Below, one piece after another: positions 41,732 to 52,100 of a stretch of DNA of 59,447 nt. The number at the start of each line of letters is the position of its first letter. The stretch's first letter is position 1. Origin of the DNA: Clostridia bacterium (GTDB lineage: Bacteria; Bacillota; Clostridia; UMGS1883); assembly GCA_051866635.1 (NCBI GenBank), contig JBJDXJ010000018.1:1-59447 (forward strand), read 5' to 3'. The notes below the pieces were generated by a model. That model worked only from the letters and a program-made list of their open reading frames with translations. It had not been told where the DNA came from and ran no database searches. A program made the translations under genes and the position numbers.

Positions 41732-42461
41732 TTTTTCTTTTCCTTCTCACTTTTTTCAGCATTGCCTTTTCCTCATCTGTAAGGCATGCTTTTTTTATCA
41801 TATCGGGACGCTTCAGCTTTGTTCTTATAAGGCTTTGCTCCCGTCTCCATTTTTCTATATTTGCATGATGACCCGACAAAAGTACATCAGGCACCCGTCT
41901 ACCCATAAATTCAACAGGGCGTGTATACTGAGGGTATTCCAAAAGCCCGTTATAATGGCTTTCAACCTCCATTGTTTCAGATGAATCAAGCACACCTTCA
42001 CACATTCTGGCAGTTGCGTCAATCACAATCATTGCAGGAAGTTCTCCACCCGTTAAGACATAGTCACCAACGGAAATTTCCTCATCTACAATTTCCTCGA
42101 TAATTCTTTCGTCAACGCCCTCATAATGTCCGCAAAGGATTACCACATGCTCCATTTTTGAAAGTTCCCTCGCTTTTTCCTGATTAAACACACTGCCCTG
42201 AGGGGACATATATATTACATAAGGCTTATTATCTCCTGCCACTGATTTGTATGCCTTGTAGATTGGCATAGGTTGCATAACCATGCCGCCCCCTGCACCG
42301 TAAGGATAATCGTCAACACGGCGGTAATTGCCTTCGGAAAAATCACGGATGTTAACATATTCAGTTTCAATAATACCTTTTTTCAAAGCCCTTCCTATAA
42401 TGCTCTCCCCAAGAACAGACTCAAACATTTCAGGAAACAGCGTCAATACGGAAAATTTCAT
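41724..42461 (-). CDS. trmD: tRNA (guanine37-N1) methyltransferase
   Basis: TLFPEM, VDDYPYGAG, CGHYEGVDER and SVGDYVLTGGE motifs. Confidence 0.98.
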   Translation of the reverse strand: MKFSVLTLFPEMFESVLGESIIGRALKKGIIETEYVNIRDFSEGNYRRVDDYPYGAGGGMVMQPMPIYKAYKSVAGDNKPYVIYMSPQGSVFNQEKARELSKMEHVVILCGHYEGVDERIIEEIVDEEISVGDYVLTGGELPAMIVIDATARMCEGVLDSSETMEVESHYNGLLEYPQYTRPVEFMGRRVPDVLLSGHHANIEKWRREQSLIRTKLKRPDMIKKACLTDEEKAMLKKVRRKRKNA

Positions 42462-42949
42462 CAGTCAAGCAATCCTTCTATAGGTTTAATATATATCTTT
42501 TTCTCTTCTAAATCCACCCTGTCAACAAAAGCATCACACTTGGGAACAAGAATTTCTTTATCAGCATTTTTTATCACAATCAAATCCTGTGCCGTATTTT
42601 CAAGCACGTCAATAACCTCGCCTATTTCTTCTCCGTCCACGGTTTCCGCCTTCATGCCGAAAAGGTCAATAAGGTAATATTCACCCTTTTTAAGCTTCGG
42701 AAAATCCTCTCTCTTTGCAAAAAGTGACACATTTTTCATCCTTTCAGCCTGTGTCATATCTTCAATGCCTTCTATTGTAATAAGCAAGGAATTTTTATGT
42801 TCACGTATACTTGTTATTTTATATACCTTTTCATTTTGGTCATACAAACAGTTGACCTTTTTAAAAAATGCAGGCGAATCTGCGTAATAAAGGGCTTTCA
42901 TTTCCCCACGTACACCATGTGTATTTATAATTTTCATAACTTCGATCAC
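42461..42949 (-). CDS. rimM: Ribosome maturation factor RimM
   Basis: IINTHGVRGEMK, EYYLIDL and PIEGLLD; likely GTG start at 42949. Confidence 0.93.
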   Translation of the reverse strand: MIEVMKIINTHGVRGEMKALYYADSPAFFKKVNCLYDQNEKVYKITSIREHKNSLLITIEGIEDMTQAERMKNVSLFAKREDFPKLKKGEYYLIDLFGMKAETVDGEEIGEVIDVLENTAQDLIVIKNADKEILVPKCDAFVDRVDLEEKKIYIKPIEGLLD

Positions 42950-42980
42950 ATCGCACCACCTCAAGGTTCAGTATAACATA

Positions 42981-43015
42981 AAATCACTCATTTTTGCAAC
43001 AAAAATGAGTGATTT
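42981..43015. terminator. Intrinsic terminator-like hairpin upstream of rimM
   Basis: 16-bp perfect stem AAATCACTCATTTTTG / CAAAAATGAGTGATTT. Confidence 0.7.
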
Positions 43016-43117
43016 GTACTTCTTATTTAATTAAAATACTATGCTCCACAAATAATGCCAATATGCTTTAACCGTGGAACAAAAGAACCTAAAAAGCCTG
43101 TTCATGTTTTTCCTGTA

Positions 43118-43159
43118 AACTAACAACCCGTTACTCAAATGAGTAACGGGTTGTTAGTT
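43118..43159. terminator. Long perfect hairpin downstream of the S-layer-like gene
   Basis: AACTAACAACCCGTTACTCA-AA-TGAGTAACGGGTTGTTAGTT, 20-bp arms. Confidence 0.7.
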
Positions 43160-43226
43160 GCTTTTTACCGGTCCCGACCTATAGTCGGAAGTAATATGAA
43201 CTATTTATTTAATTAAATTAGATTGA

Positions 43227-44933
43227 TTATGCTTCGGGAACGTATTCTTCGAGTCTATCACCAAAGAAGCCAGCCCAATCCTTAGCATAGTCCCAATCGT
43301 TTACATGCCATGTACCGGGAACTGTTTCGTACATTTCGTAACGTTCGCCAGCGTAGCTGAATACGTAAACGTTAACAGCTGTCTTAGCACCAATTCTGGA
43401 ATCATAAGCATATCTTGTTTCATGGTTAACTCTCTGACCTGTGTAAGAACGAGCACATGTTACCCATACACCGTCAACATAAGCTTCTGTTCTAACTACG
43501 AGTTCATCGTCAACAACGCTGTCAACTACTGTTCTGTGTGCAACGTTAGCTGTAGCACCTGTGTATCTGTAAATGAAGGGCTTGTAAACTTCCTGGTAAA
43601 CTGTGCCACCTTCAACCTTAACTTCAACTGTGCCGATCATGGAACCATCCATTACAACACCGTCAACTGTAAGGAATTCATAAACCTTGTGAGGTTCTGT
43701 TGTTTCGTAGCCACCCTTTGTCCATGTGATATCACAGTAGGAAAGTTCACCGTTCAAATCGTTGACAAGACCGGAAACTCTTGCGTTTTCTGTGGAAAGA
43801 AGGTTAGGAATGTTGAAGTACTGAGGAGCGTATTCATACTGCTGCCACTTAATTTCGTTACCAGCAGCGTCAACGCCTGTGTACCAAACCCAAGCCTTGT
43901 ATTCTGTAGCCTTAACTGTTTCTGTAGCACCTGTCTTGTTGCCGTCAGCATCAAATGCAGGACCTACGAGAACATGTTCATATGTTCTGGGGATCTTGAT
44001 TTCTGTGTCGTAAGCAACTTCATAACGGTAGGGGTTAGAATACTTGGGCCAGATGGACTTCTTGTATGTGCATGCATCACATACGCAATCAGGTTCGTGA
44101 TCGCACTTAACTTCCATCTTCTTCCAATCTTCAACTGTTACATACAATCTGTCCCATACGCCATCGATGAAACCTTCAACGTAGCAACGACCAAGTGCAT
44201 CAATACCTCTGATTACGCAGTCACAATCGTCCTTGTAATCAACTGTTACGTATTCGGGAGCGAGCTTCCAAGCTTCAATGCCTTCGATATCTTCGTAAAC
44301 AGAAGCTTCTGTGTAAGCAGCCATGTGTTCGGGAACGATAGAAACTGTGTTTTCACCTGTTACCTTGTAGTCAGCAAAACCGTAGTAAGCTCTTTCATGA
44401 GTTACAGCAGCGTTTTCGCCGGAGTAAACAATGGGATAGTTCTTTTCAGCAGAAGCGAACCACTGAACAACGCCATCCTTGAAAAGCTTAGCCTGTGTTG
44501 CAGCGTAAATTCTGTGAGGAGCAGCAACTTCCCACATGAAGTTAACGTCTCTGTATTCAACACCGGCAGCTTCACCGAATAAACCTGTGGGGATTACTCT
44601 ACCTGTGTAGTTGCCATCAGCATAAAGCTTAGCATACTGGTCATTGGGATATACGTCAGATACCCATGTACCACCTACAGTAACATTAGCCCAACCAACT
44701 AAGCCTTCCTTTACTGCAGCTTCGCCTTCCACCATTCTGCCTGTGGGAAGACCAAGATCGTCAAATTCCTGATATACAACAGGAACTGCCAAAGATGTAA
44801 CTGAAACGCCGTTTTCAATAGCAGATGTATTATAATCTACTCTACGCCATTCAGCTGCGGATGCGCTTACAGTTGCAAGGCAAAGAGATGTAGCCAAAGC
44901 AAGTGTAAGACCTTTTTTGAATTTTCCTAACAT
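43227..44933 (-). CDS. Highly expressed secreted protein, S-layer-like
   Basis: Signal peptide ending in ASA-AE; Tyr/Val/Thr/Gly-rich and acidic; codons strongly biased to TAC, TTC, AAC, GCT, GTT as in the ribosomal protein genes; no family recognised. Confidence 0.75.
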   Translation of the reverse strand: MLGKFKKGLTLALATSLCLATVSASAAEWRRVDYNTSAIENGVSVTSLAVPVVYQEFDDLGLPTGRMVEGEAAVKEGLVGWANVTVGGTWVSDVYPNDQYAKLYADGNYTGRVIPTGLFGEAAGVEYRDVNFMWEVAAPHRIYAATQAKLFKDGVVQWFASAEKNYPIVYSGENAAVTHERAYYGFADYKVTGENTVSIVPEHMAAYTEASVYEDIEGIEAWKLAPEYVTVDYKDDCDCVIRGIDALGRCYVEGFIDGVWDRLYVTVEDWKKMEVKCDHEPDCVCDACTYKKSIWPKYSNPYRYEVAYDTEIKIPRTYEHVLVGPAFDADGNKTGATETVKATEYKAWVWYTGVDAAGNEIKWQQYEYAPQYFNIPNLLSTENARVSGLVNDLNGELSYCDITWTKGGYETTEPHKVYEFLTVDGVVMDGSMIGTVEVKVEGGTVYQEVYKPFIYRYTGATANVAHRTVVDSVVDDELVVRTEAYVDGVWVTCARSYTGQRVNHETRYAYDSRIGAKTAVNVYVFSYAGERYEMYETVPGTWHVNDWDYAKDWAGFFGDRLEEYVPEA

Positions 44934-45092
44934 AAAAACCATTTCCTTTCATTAATTTTTATACCGGTTGTTGCACAAAATTATTATAAAAGCTTTATTA
45001 ACTTTTTTCAACAAAACCTGATAAACAAAGAAAATATAAGATTTATTTGGAACTATTTTCATTTAGAGGATTTTTATGGTAATTTATCCGTT

Positions 45093-45803
45093 TTATACGA
45101 TTTTTTTCACGTATTCCATCACTTCTTTCCGATATTTTTCTGAAATAGGCAAAGTTTCATCAAGACAATCAAGCTCAATGCTACCTTTATGTGTTCCTTT
45201 TATGTAGAGTTTGTTAACTAAAAACCCGTGATGGCATCTGAGCAGCATATCCCCAAAACGGTTTTGCAGGTTTGTTATTGTTTCGTAAAACTCAAGCTCC
45301 TCACCTAATACAGTTTTGCAGAAAAGCTTTTTACCGCTTGTTGCAAAGTAAACTATATTATCAACATTAATGCTTCGTTTAAACTCATGTGTGGATATAT
45401 ACAGCATTTTTGCACGTGTCTGCTTACGTATATTTTCTCCGATTTCACCAAGGAGAGCCGACACTTCAAAATTAGAGGACGGTTTTAATATGAATCCTGA
45501 AGGCCTTAAAAGGTTTTTAAGACACAACGACATATCTTCAGGATGGGAGGATATAAACACAATGTGACATCTTGGAAATTTTTCACGCAATGAAGCGGCT
45601 AAGAAAAACCCGCTCTGCTTTCTTACACGTATTCTCGTATCAATAAAAAACACACTTTTATAGTCCTCCGGTGCAAGCTTTATAATATTAGCTATACTTT
45701 CATTTACGTAAAATCTGATATCTTCGTTTTTCATTGCAAGAACTGTGCTTTTCAAAATTTCCTGAAAGGGGCTTTCAACCCCGTCAAAGCAAAATACATA
45801 CAT
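45093..45803 (-). CDS. LytTR-family response regulator (atypical receiver)
   Basis: VFFID, IVFISSH and FILKP receiver motifs; LRCHHGFLVN LytTR motif. Confidence 0.85.
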   Translation of the reverse strand: MYVFCFDGVESPFQEILKSTVLAMKNEDIRFYVNESIANIIKLAPEDYKSVFFIDTRIRVRKQSGFFLAASLREKFPRCHIVFISSHPEDMSLCLKNLLRPSGFILKPSSNFEVSALLGEIGENIRKQTRAKMLYISTHEFKRSINVDNIVYFATSGKKLFCKTVLGEELEFYETITNLQNRFGDMLLRCHHGFLVNKLYIKGTHKGSIELDCLDETLPISEKYRKEVMEYVKKIV

Positions 45804-47386
45804 TATTTATCACCTTTTTTCAAGCATTTTTTAAGAAGCAGTATTGCTATAAGTATGGCTGCCCCGGTGCAGATAAATACTATACACTTCCCAATGCCTC
45901 CAAAGCCTGATTTCTTACTTGTGATTTCAGGTTCTTTGATTTTTATGGCAAAGGCAGTTGCAGGAAGTACATCGTCAGAGAGATGCACTTGTTCACCGAA
46001 TACATTTTCAACATTACAATTATACCTGATTATGCAAACAGGCGTAGTGCTTTCAATTCGGATTTTGTCCTCTTCCACTGTAACAGAAGCATCTTCTATC
46101 AAATTCCAGTTATCGTCTATAAGAATGATTTCCGTTATGTCGGGGCAATTTAGAGTTCCCTGCACATAATCAAAGTGCAAAAGAATTTCCTTATCGCTTA
46201 CTTTCTCCACCTTTGTCAATGTAGGAGGGAAATACAGTTCACGATAGCCGTAGCCGTATTCTCCCGACAAAACCATAAGGGAGAGACGCCTTGCAATAGC
46301 CAATTTATTTGTAGGATGGAGATTGTTTGAGTAACCTCTGTCGCTCCACAAATCAGATGTGGGACATATGTACAAATCATCTACCATTGTTGCAACAGAA
46401 CAAATTTCACCACGGACAATACCAAAGTCAATAAACTGTCTGTCCGGGTCTGTTTCGTCGTTAAAGCAGGGAGATAGCTCCACCACGTACACAGGCATTT
46501 CACCGCACATATCTTTTTCTTCACGCAGATAATCGATAAATGATGCAAACCTTGCACTGTAACGGGAATAATCGTTGCTGTCAGCTTCACCCTGATACCA
46601 CAAAAGACCACGTATGGGCATCTTCAGCATATTTTTAATTACATTGTCGTAAATAGGCCCGTCAAAGCGTCTTCCGTATTCCTCGCCTTTGGGCAAAAAC
46701 CTTGACAGCTCACAGCCTGAAAAACCAAAAGACACAATTCCAACAGGCACTTCACCCTGCAGTGCACTGTTAAGCTCATTTGCAAAATATGTACCCAATG
46801 CAGAAAAATCGCTTGCACTGTAACGGCTGATATTCTTCCACCTTACGTTGTTTTTATCGTATGAATCCATTTCCATTTTACAGAAGGTTATATTTTCATT
46901 TCCTGTAAGGGAAGATAAAAAGCTTTCCCCTTCAGGGTCGGCACTTACGGTAAATTCCACATTGGATTGACCGATAACCCACCATACATCCCCCACCTTA
47001 ACATTTTCCAGTGCAAGATATTCGCCTGCACCGTAAATTTCCATTACAGTAGGTGTGGTAATATACGATCTTTCGGAAAGTTCAATTTCCCACTTGCCGC
47101 CCTCTACAACACTTTGTCCGTAGGAGCCGTCAAAGACCGCAGTTATTGTTTCGCCTTCGCACTCACTCGTACCCCATATTCTGATTTTTTCATTTTGCTG
47201 AAAAACCATATTGTCACTGAAAACGGCATCCACTTCAAAGCCGTGGGGAACAATATCCTTTTTCATCTTCCATTTCAAGTATATATATCCGCCAACCAAA
47301 ATCCCAAGCAGAATAATCTCTATAAGTATAAAAACAAGAAACTTACGAACCCAATCATTTTTAAATATTTTAGAGAACACTTTCAT
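45803..47386 (-). CDS. Sialate O-acetylesterase (SASA) family protein, membrane anchored
   Basis: FSDNMVFQQ, GDVWWVIGQSN, LWYQGEAD and LHPTNK motifs; transmembrane helices at both ends. Confidence 0.85.
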   Translation of the reverse strand: MKVFSKIFKNDWVRKFLVFILIEIILLGILVGGYIYLKWKMKKDIVPHGFEVDAVFSDNMVFQQNEKIRIWGTSECEGETITAVFDGSYGQSVVEGGKWEIELSERSYITTPTVMEIYGAGEYLALENVKVGDVWWVIGQSNVEFTVSADPEGESFLSSLTGNENITFCKMEMDSYDKNNVRWKNISRYSASDFSALGTYFANELNSALQGEVPVGIVSFGFSGCELSRFLPKGEEYGRRFDGPIYDNVIKNMLKMPIRGLLWYQGEADSNDYSRYSARFASFIDYLREEKDMCGEMPVYVVELSPCFNDETDPDRQFIDFGIVRGEICSVATMVDDLYICPTSDLWSDRGYSNNLHPTNKLAIARRLSLMVLSGEYGYGYRELYFPPTLTKVEKVSDKEILLHFDYVQGTLNCPDITEIILIDDNWNLIEDASVTVEEDKIRIESTTPVCIIRYNCNVENVFGEQVHLSDDVLPATAFAIKIKEPEITSKKSGFGGIGKCIVFICTGAAILIAILLLKKCLKKGDK

Positions 47387-47415
47387 GCTCCTTTCACCTT
47401 TTGTTACACGGAAAT

Positions 47416-47444
47416 ATTATACTATTTTCCTATAAGAATGTCAA
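47416..47444 (-). promoter_or_regulatory. Consensus SigA promoter for the esterase-LytTR pair
   Basis: TTGACA-17-TATAAT. Confidence 0.8.
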
Positions 47445-47447
47445 CTT

Positions 47448-47487
47448 AAACAAAAATCGGCAGGGATAATCCCTACCGACTTTGTTT
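47448..47487 (-). terminator. Intrinsic terminator after recA
   Basis: Minus strand TCGGTAGGGAT/ATCCCTGCCGA hairpin followed by a T tract. Confidence 0.75.
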
Positions 47488-48502
47488 ATTCTGTTACATT
47501 TTCCGATGAGTTTTCTTTTTCTGTTAACTTCTGACGGATTTTTTCTTCTATTTCATTGGCAATTTCAGGATGCTCAATCATGAAGGCTTTTGCATTTTCT
47601 CTGCCCTGACCAATTCTCATATCCCCATAGGCAAACCATGCACCGCTTTTTTGTATAACACCCAAAAGAACACCCATATCAACAAGGCTTCCCTCCTTGG
47701 AAATTCCCTTGCCGTACATCATGTCAAATTCTGCTTCCTTAAAGGGAGGTGCAACCTTATTTTTAACAACCTTAACCCTTGTACGGTTGCCCACAAATTC
47801 ACTGCCGTTCTTTAAGGTTTCAACCCTTCTTACGTCCATACGTACAGAAGCATAGAACTTAAGTGCTCTGCCCCCTGATGTTGTTTCGGGGTTGCCGTAC
47901 ATAACGCCAACCTTTTCACGAAGCTGATTGATAAAAATGCACACGGTGTTTGTCTTTGCAAGCACACCTGCCAATTTACGCATAGCCTGGCTCATAAGCC
48001 TTGCCTGTAAACCTACGTGGCTGTCACCCATTTCGCCGTCGATTTCAGCCTTGGGAACAAGAGCTGCAACAGAGTCAACAACTATAACATCAAGGGCTCC
48101 GCTTCTAACCAACGCTTCGGCAATTTCCAACGCCTGTTCACCTGTATCCGGCTGTGCTACAATCAAAGAGTCAACATCAACGCCGATATTTTTTGCATAT
48201 GTAGGGTCTAGTGCGTGTTCCGCATCGATAAATGCCGCTTCACCGCCACGTTTCTGTGCCTCGGCAATAATATGAAGGGCAATAGTTGTTTTACCTGAGG
48301 ATTCAGGTCCGTAAATTTCCACAATTCTTCCCTTCGGAACGCCGCCTATACCAAGTGCCATGTCAAGCGTTAAGCTGCCTGTGGGAATTGCATCCACATT
48401 TAAGTGTGCATTGCTTCCCAGCTTCATTACACTGCCTTTACCAAACTGCTTTTCTATCTGACTCATTGCTATTGCAAGAGCTTCTTTCTTTTCAATTGAC
48501 AT
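47486..48502 (-). CDS. recA: Recombinase A
   Basis: [27 protein letters not shown] and [10 protein letters not shown] motifs. Confidence 0.99.
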   Translation of the reverse strand: MSIEKKEALAIAMSQIEKQFGKGSVMKLGSNAHLNVDAIPTGSLTLDMALGIGGVPKGRIVEIYGPESSGKTTIALHIIAEAQKRGGEAAFIDAEHALDPTYAKNIGVDVDSLIVAQPDTGEQALEIAEALVRSGALDVIVVDSVAALVPKAEIDGEMGDSHVGLQARLMSQAMRKLAGVLAKTNTVCIFINQLREKVGVMYGNPETTSGGRALKFYASVRMDVRRVETLKNGSEFVGNRTRVKVVKNKVAPPFKEAEFDMMYGKGISKEGSLVDMGVLLGVIQKSGAWFAYGDMRIGQGRENAKAFMIEHPEIANEIEEKIRQKLTEKENSSENVTE

Positions 48503-48525
48503 TTATATTCCCTCTTTCTCTACCC

Positions 48526-48568
48526 GAACATCTGTTCTTATTATAGAATATATTTTTTGTTTTGTCAA
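48526..48568 (-). promoter_or_regulatory. recA SigA promoter with LexA (SOS) box
   Basis: GAAC-ATCT-GTTC at 48526..48537 just downstream of TTGACA(48563..48568)-17-TATAAT(48540..48545). Confidence 0.9.
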
Positions 48569-48572
48569 TATA

Positions 48573-50423
48573 TTATTTTAATTTATATATATTAAACGAA
48601 ATAGCAGGTATTGTAAGGGAAATTTCCTGACTTCCCACAGTGCGTGTAAGGCTTGTTGGTACAACTTTATTTTTGCAGTCCATAGTGTTCACATCATCCA
48701 ACGAATTTGATGTAAGTGTTATTTCTGTAATCTCCTCCACGCTTTCGGGCATAGTCAGCACAACATCCTTTTTGCCGCCACGGTTTGCCACCTTTAAGAT
48801 ATATTCACCGTTTTTATAGCCTGCACTGATAAATACATCACTGTCATCTTCACGATTAAATTCCAATGTATACTGTGGTACATTATGTGCAAAAAGTGAT
48901 TGTACATAGTATGAGGGAGTAAGCATTACTTCATGATTATTCACAAAAATCAAGTCAGGTGTCCACTGTGTGTAGCCTTCACGGGCAAACAAAGGAGCAT
49001 AGGAGGCAAGTGTGACAACATCTGCATTTCTTTCAAAACCTGTCATCATAGCACCTTCTGCAATTGCCGCTTCAAGGTTGTTGGGGCGGGGCTGTTCACT
49101 GCATAAATGGCAGGCATATTCACCTGCAAAAACCTTAAATCCGTCACGCTTGTAATTATCGTAACGGTTTGTATTATTAAACATCCACTCACTGTTTACA
49201 TAATAATGCTCGTCAACAGCATATGCAAAGTCTTCCTTTTTGCCTTCAAGCCATGCATAAGCCTTGTCAAATTCAACCCCTGCCGCATAAGGACCCGATG
49301 ATGTAATAAGTTTTATTTCAGGATACTTTTCACTTATTACTTTTTGAAATTTTTCATAGCGTTCAAAATACTTTTTATCCCACTGCTCATTGCCGATAGC
49401 TAAATATACCATTTTAAAGGGTTCTTCATGTCCCATTTGGGCACGCTTACTGCCCCATTGGGTATTTTTGTCGCCGTTTGCAAATTCAATAAGGTCAAGT
49501 GCATCCTGTATATATTCGTCCAGCTCTTCACCGTCGGCAGTTTCACCTGTTTTGTACTGGCATGCAATCCCGCAGTTAAGTACAGGAAGTGCCTTACAAC
49601 CCAAATCTTCACAGAGGAGGAAATATTCATAAAATCCCAGACCGTAAGACTGGAAATAATCGTGCTCGGTTATACCAACATCGCCGTCCTGCCAGCGGTT
49701 CCAGTTTATTTTTCTCTCTTCCAAAGGTCCTATTGTATCTTTCCATCTGTAACGGTTTGAAAGAACAGTGCCTTCTACTATACAGCCTCCGGGGAAACGC
49801 AAAAATCCGGGCTTTAAATCGTAAAGTGCCTGTGCCATGTCACGTCTTAATCCGTTCTTTCTTCCCATGAACGTATCACGGGGAAAAAGAGAAGCCATAT
49901 CCACATCACATTTTCCGTCTTCTTCAAATAAAATATAAAGCTTTCCATCGTAAACGGTATTTTCACTTTCCAGTTCAAGAGAATATTTTGTCCAGTCGCC
50001 TTCCACCTCAATATTTCCTTCTGCACATACTACAGTGTCATTTTTAATAACTATCTTTAACTTTGCATTTCCTTTTACATATACGGAAAAGTCATACTTC
50101 TTGCCCTTTTCTAAGAAAATTCCTTCATATGCACGATTTACAATGCCTTCACCCTTCTTCCCTTCAATATGGGCATACTGAGGGTTGACTGTGTTCATAG
50201 GGCTTTCAGTTTTGCTGACAAATTCAGCATCTCCCACACTGCTCCATGCCGTAAGGGGTGAAATATCGTCAAACTCCATAGTTGGGAAAAAGTCAAAGGA
50301 ACGGTTTTCCAACAACTCACCATATAAACCGCCATCTGCACCGTAGTTTATATCTTCAAAGAACAAACCAATCATATCAGGGTTAACATCTACGCCCTTT
50401 TTATTTGTTATTTCTATCTTCAC
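48573..50423 (-). CDS. Alpha-L-arabinofuranosidase (GH51)
   Basis: GLFFEDINYGADGGLY, LRFPGGCIVEG, AIGNEQW and FAGEYA motifs. Confidence 0.93.
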   Translation of the reverse strand: MKIEITNKKGVDVNPDMIGLFFEDINYGADGGLYGELLENRSFDFFPTMEFDDISPLTAWSSVGDAEFVSKTESPMNTVNPQYAHIEGKKGEGIVNRAYEGIFLEKGKKYDFSVYVKGNAKLKIVIKNDTVVCAEGNIEVEGDWTKYSLELESENTVYDGKLYILFEEDGKCDVDMASLFPRDTFMGRKNGLRRDMAQALYDLKPGFLRFPGGCIVEGTVLSNRYRWKDTIGPLEERKINWNRWQDGDVGITEHDYFQSYGLGFYEYFLLCEDLGCKALPVLNCGIACQYKTGETADGEELDEYIQDALDLIEFANGDKNTQWGSKRAQMGHEEPFKMVYLAIGNEQWDKKYFERYEKFQKVISEKYPEIKLITSSGPYAAGVEFDKAYAWLEGKKEDFAYAVDEHYYVNSEWMFNNTNRYDNYKRDGFKVFAGEYACHLCSEQPRPNNLEAAIAEGAMMTGFERNADVVTLASYAPLFAREGYTQWTPDLIFVNNHEVMLTPSYYVQSLFAHNVPQYTLEFNREDDSDVFISAGYKNGEYILKVANRGGKKDVVLTMPESVEEITEITLTSNSLDDVNTMDCKNKVVPTSLTRTVGSQEISLTIPAISFNIYKLK

Positions 50424-50426
50424 AAT

Positions 50427-51317
50427 TTAACACTCCTTGCTTGGCAATTGAGATAAGATTATGGCAAAAAACATAATCAAACAGCCTATTATTTGTCTTA
50501 CATTCATTGCATCACCTAAAATAATCCATGCGGCAATTACACTTACGCAGGACTCTAAGCTCATAATAAGGGATGCCACTGTGGGGTTAAGGTTTTTCTG
50601 TGCCACAATCTGAAGGGTGTATGCAACACCTGAAGACAATACACCTGCATACAAAACAGCAATCCACGCACTGCTTCCTGTGCCTATAACAAAGCTGCCG
50701 GTTATAAACGCCAGTATAATGCTGATTACACCTGTTGTTGCAAATTCGATGCATGCCAGCTTTACACCGTCCACCTTAGGGGAATAATGGTCAACCAAAA
50801 GTATCTGCAATGTGAAAACGATGGCACATATAAATACAAGAAAATCCGCAAATTCAACCCGAAACGCCACGCCTTGCGGTATGCACAGTATATAAAGTCC
50901 CACAACTGCAATAACTGCCGCAATCCATGCCTGAATAGGGCATTTTTTCTTTATAAAAACACCGAAAATAGGTACAAGCACTATGTAAAAGGCAGTTATA
51001 AAGCCTGCCTTTCCGGCACTTTCATTACTAAGTGAAATGCCGAACTGCTGAAAATTTGTGGCAACGCAAAGTGCCAATCCGCATAAGATCCCACCTGTAA
51101 GAAGGGTCTTGTTGCTCCACTTGCACGCCTTATCGCCCCTTTTTTTATCTCTTGCAAAAATAAAGGGCAAAAGCACCGCCGCACCGATAATACTTCTTGT
51201 TCCGTTAAAGGAAAAAGGGGTCCAATAATTCATACCCACATCCTGGGCAACAAAGGCAACACCCCATATAATTGCCGTTATTAAAAGAAGTATAGAACTT
51301 CTGTACTGTTTACTCAT
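50427..51317 (-). CDS. EamA/DMT family transporter
   Basis: About ten hydrophobic segments; IWGVAFVAQ, KAGFIT and VAYTLQIVAQK motifs. Confidence 0.9.
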   Translation of the reverse strand: MSKQYRSSILLLITAIIWGVAFVAQDVGMNYWTPFSFNGTRSIIGAAVLLPFIFARDKKRGDKACKWSNKTLLTGGILCGLALCVATNFQQFGISLSNESAGKAGFITAFYIVLVPIFGVFIKKKCPIQAWIAAVIAVVGLYILCIPQGVAFRVEFADFLVFICAIVFTLQILLVDHYSPKVDGVKLACIEFATTGVISIILAFITGSFVIGTGSSAWIAVLYAGVLSSGVAYTLQIVAQKNLNPTVASLIMSLESCVSVIAAWIILGDAMNVRQIIGCLIMFFAIILSQLPSKEC

Positions 51318-51321
51318 AATC

Positions 51322-52098
51322 TTACTCCCATACTTTCCAAGGTGCTTTTCCACTATTCCACATGTTTTCAAGAGCATCATGCTCCTTTTTGGAATCCATA
51401 GGCTTCCAGAAACCGTTATGGATATAGGCCTTAAGCTGACCCGCACTTGAAAGTGCAGGCAATGTTTCCTCTTCAAAAATCGAATTATCGTCTGTTATAT
51501 AGTCAAAGACTCCCGGGCTTAATACCATATATCCCCCGTTAATTCTTGCCGCTTCGTAGGCAGTCTTTTCACGGAAGGAATAAATGGAATTGTCATTGTC
51601 AATACCTAAAATACCAAACCTCTGCTCCATTGTAACAGCGGAAATGGTTGCAATACATCCGTGGCTTTTGTGAAAGTCTAAAAGCTTACTTATGTCAATA
51701 TCACAAACACCGTCACCGTAAGTAAGCATAAAGGTTTCATCTTTGACATAGTCCTTTATTCTTTTAACCCTTCCGCCGGTCTTAGTGTCAAGGCCTGTAT
51801 CAATAACAGTCACCTTCCAGGGTTCAGCTTTGCGATTATGCACCACAACCTTGTTTCCTTCAGTAAAGTCAAAGGTCACATCGCTTGTGTGCAGGAAATA
51901 GTCGGCAAACCATTCCTTAATCACATGCTGTTTATAACCGGCACATATAACAAAATCGTTGAAGCCGTAATGGGAATATGTTTTCATAATATGCCAGAGT
52001 ATGGGCATACCTCCTATTTCTACCATAGGCTTGGGACGGAAAACACTTTCCTCGCTTATGCGTGTTCCGTATCCTCCCGCAAGTATTACAACCTTCAT
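51322..52098 (-). CDS. rfbF: Glucose-1-phosphate cytidylyltransferase
   Basis: LAGGYGTRISEES, PKPMVEIG, TYGDGV and INGG motifs. Confidence 0.93.
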   Translation of the reverse strand: MKVVILAGGYGTRISEESVFRPKPMVEIGGMPILWHIMKTYSHYGFNDFVICAGYKQHVIKEWFADYFLHTSDVTFDFTEGNKVVVHNRKAEPWKVTVIDTGLDTKTGGRVKRIKDYVKDETFMLTYGDGVCDIDISKLLDFHKSHGCIATISAVTMEQRFGILGIDNDNSIYSFREKTAYEAARINGGYMVLSPGVFDYITDDNSIFEEETLPALSSAGQLKAYIHNGFWKPMDSKKEHDALENMWNSGKAPWKVWE

Positions 52099-52100
52099 AG

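Noticed and set aside
43305-44582. 425-aa plus-strand ORF
   Set aside because: Antisense shadow of the codon-biased minus-strand gene; unnatural Cys/Asn/Phe-rich composition.
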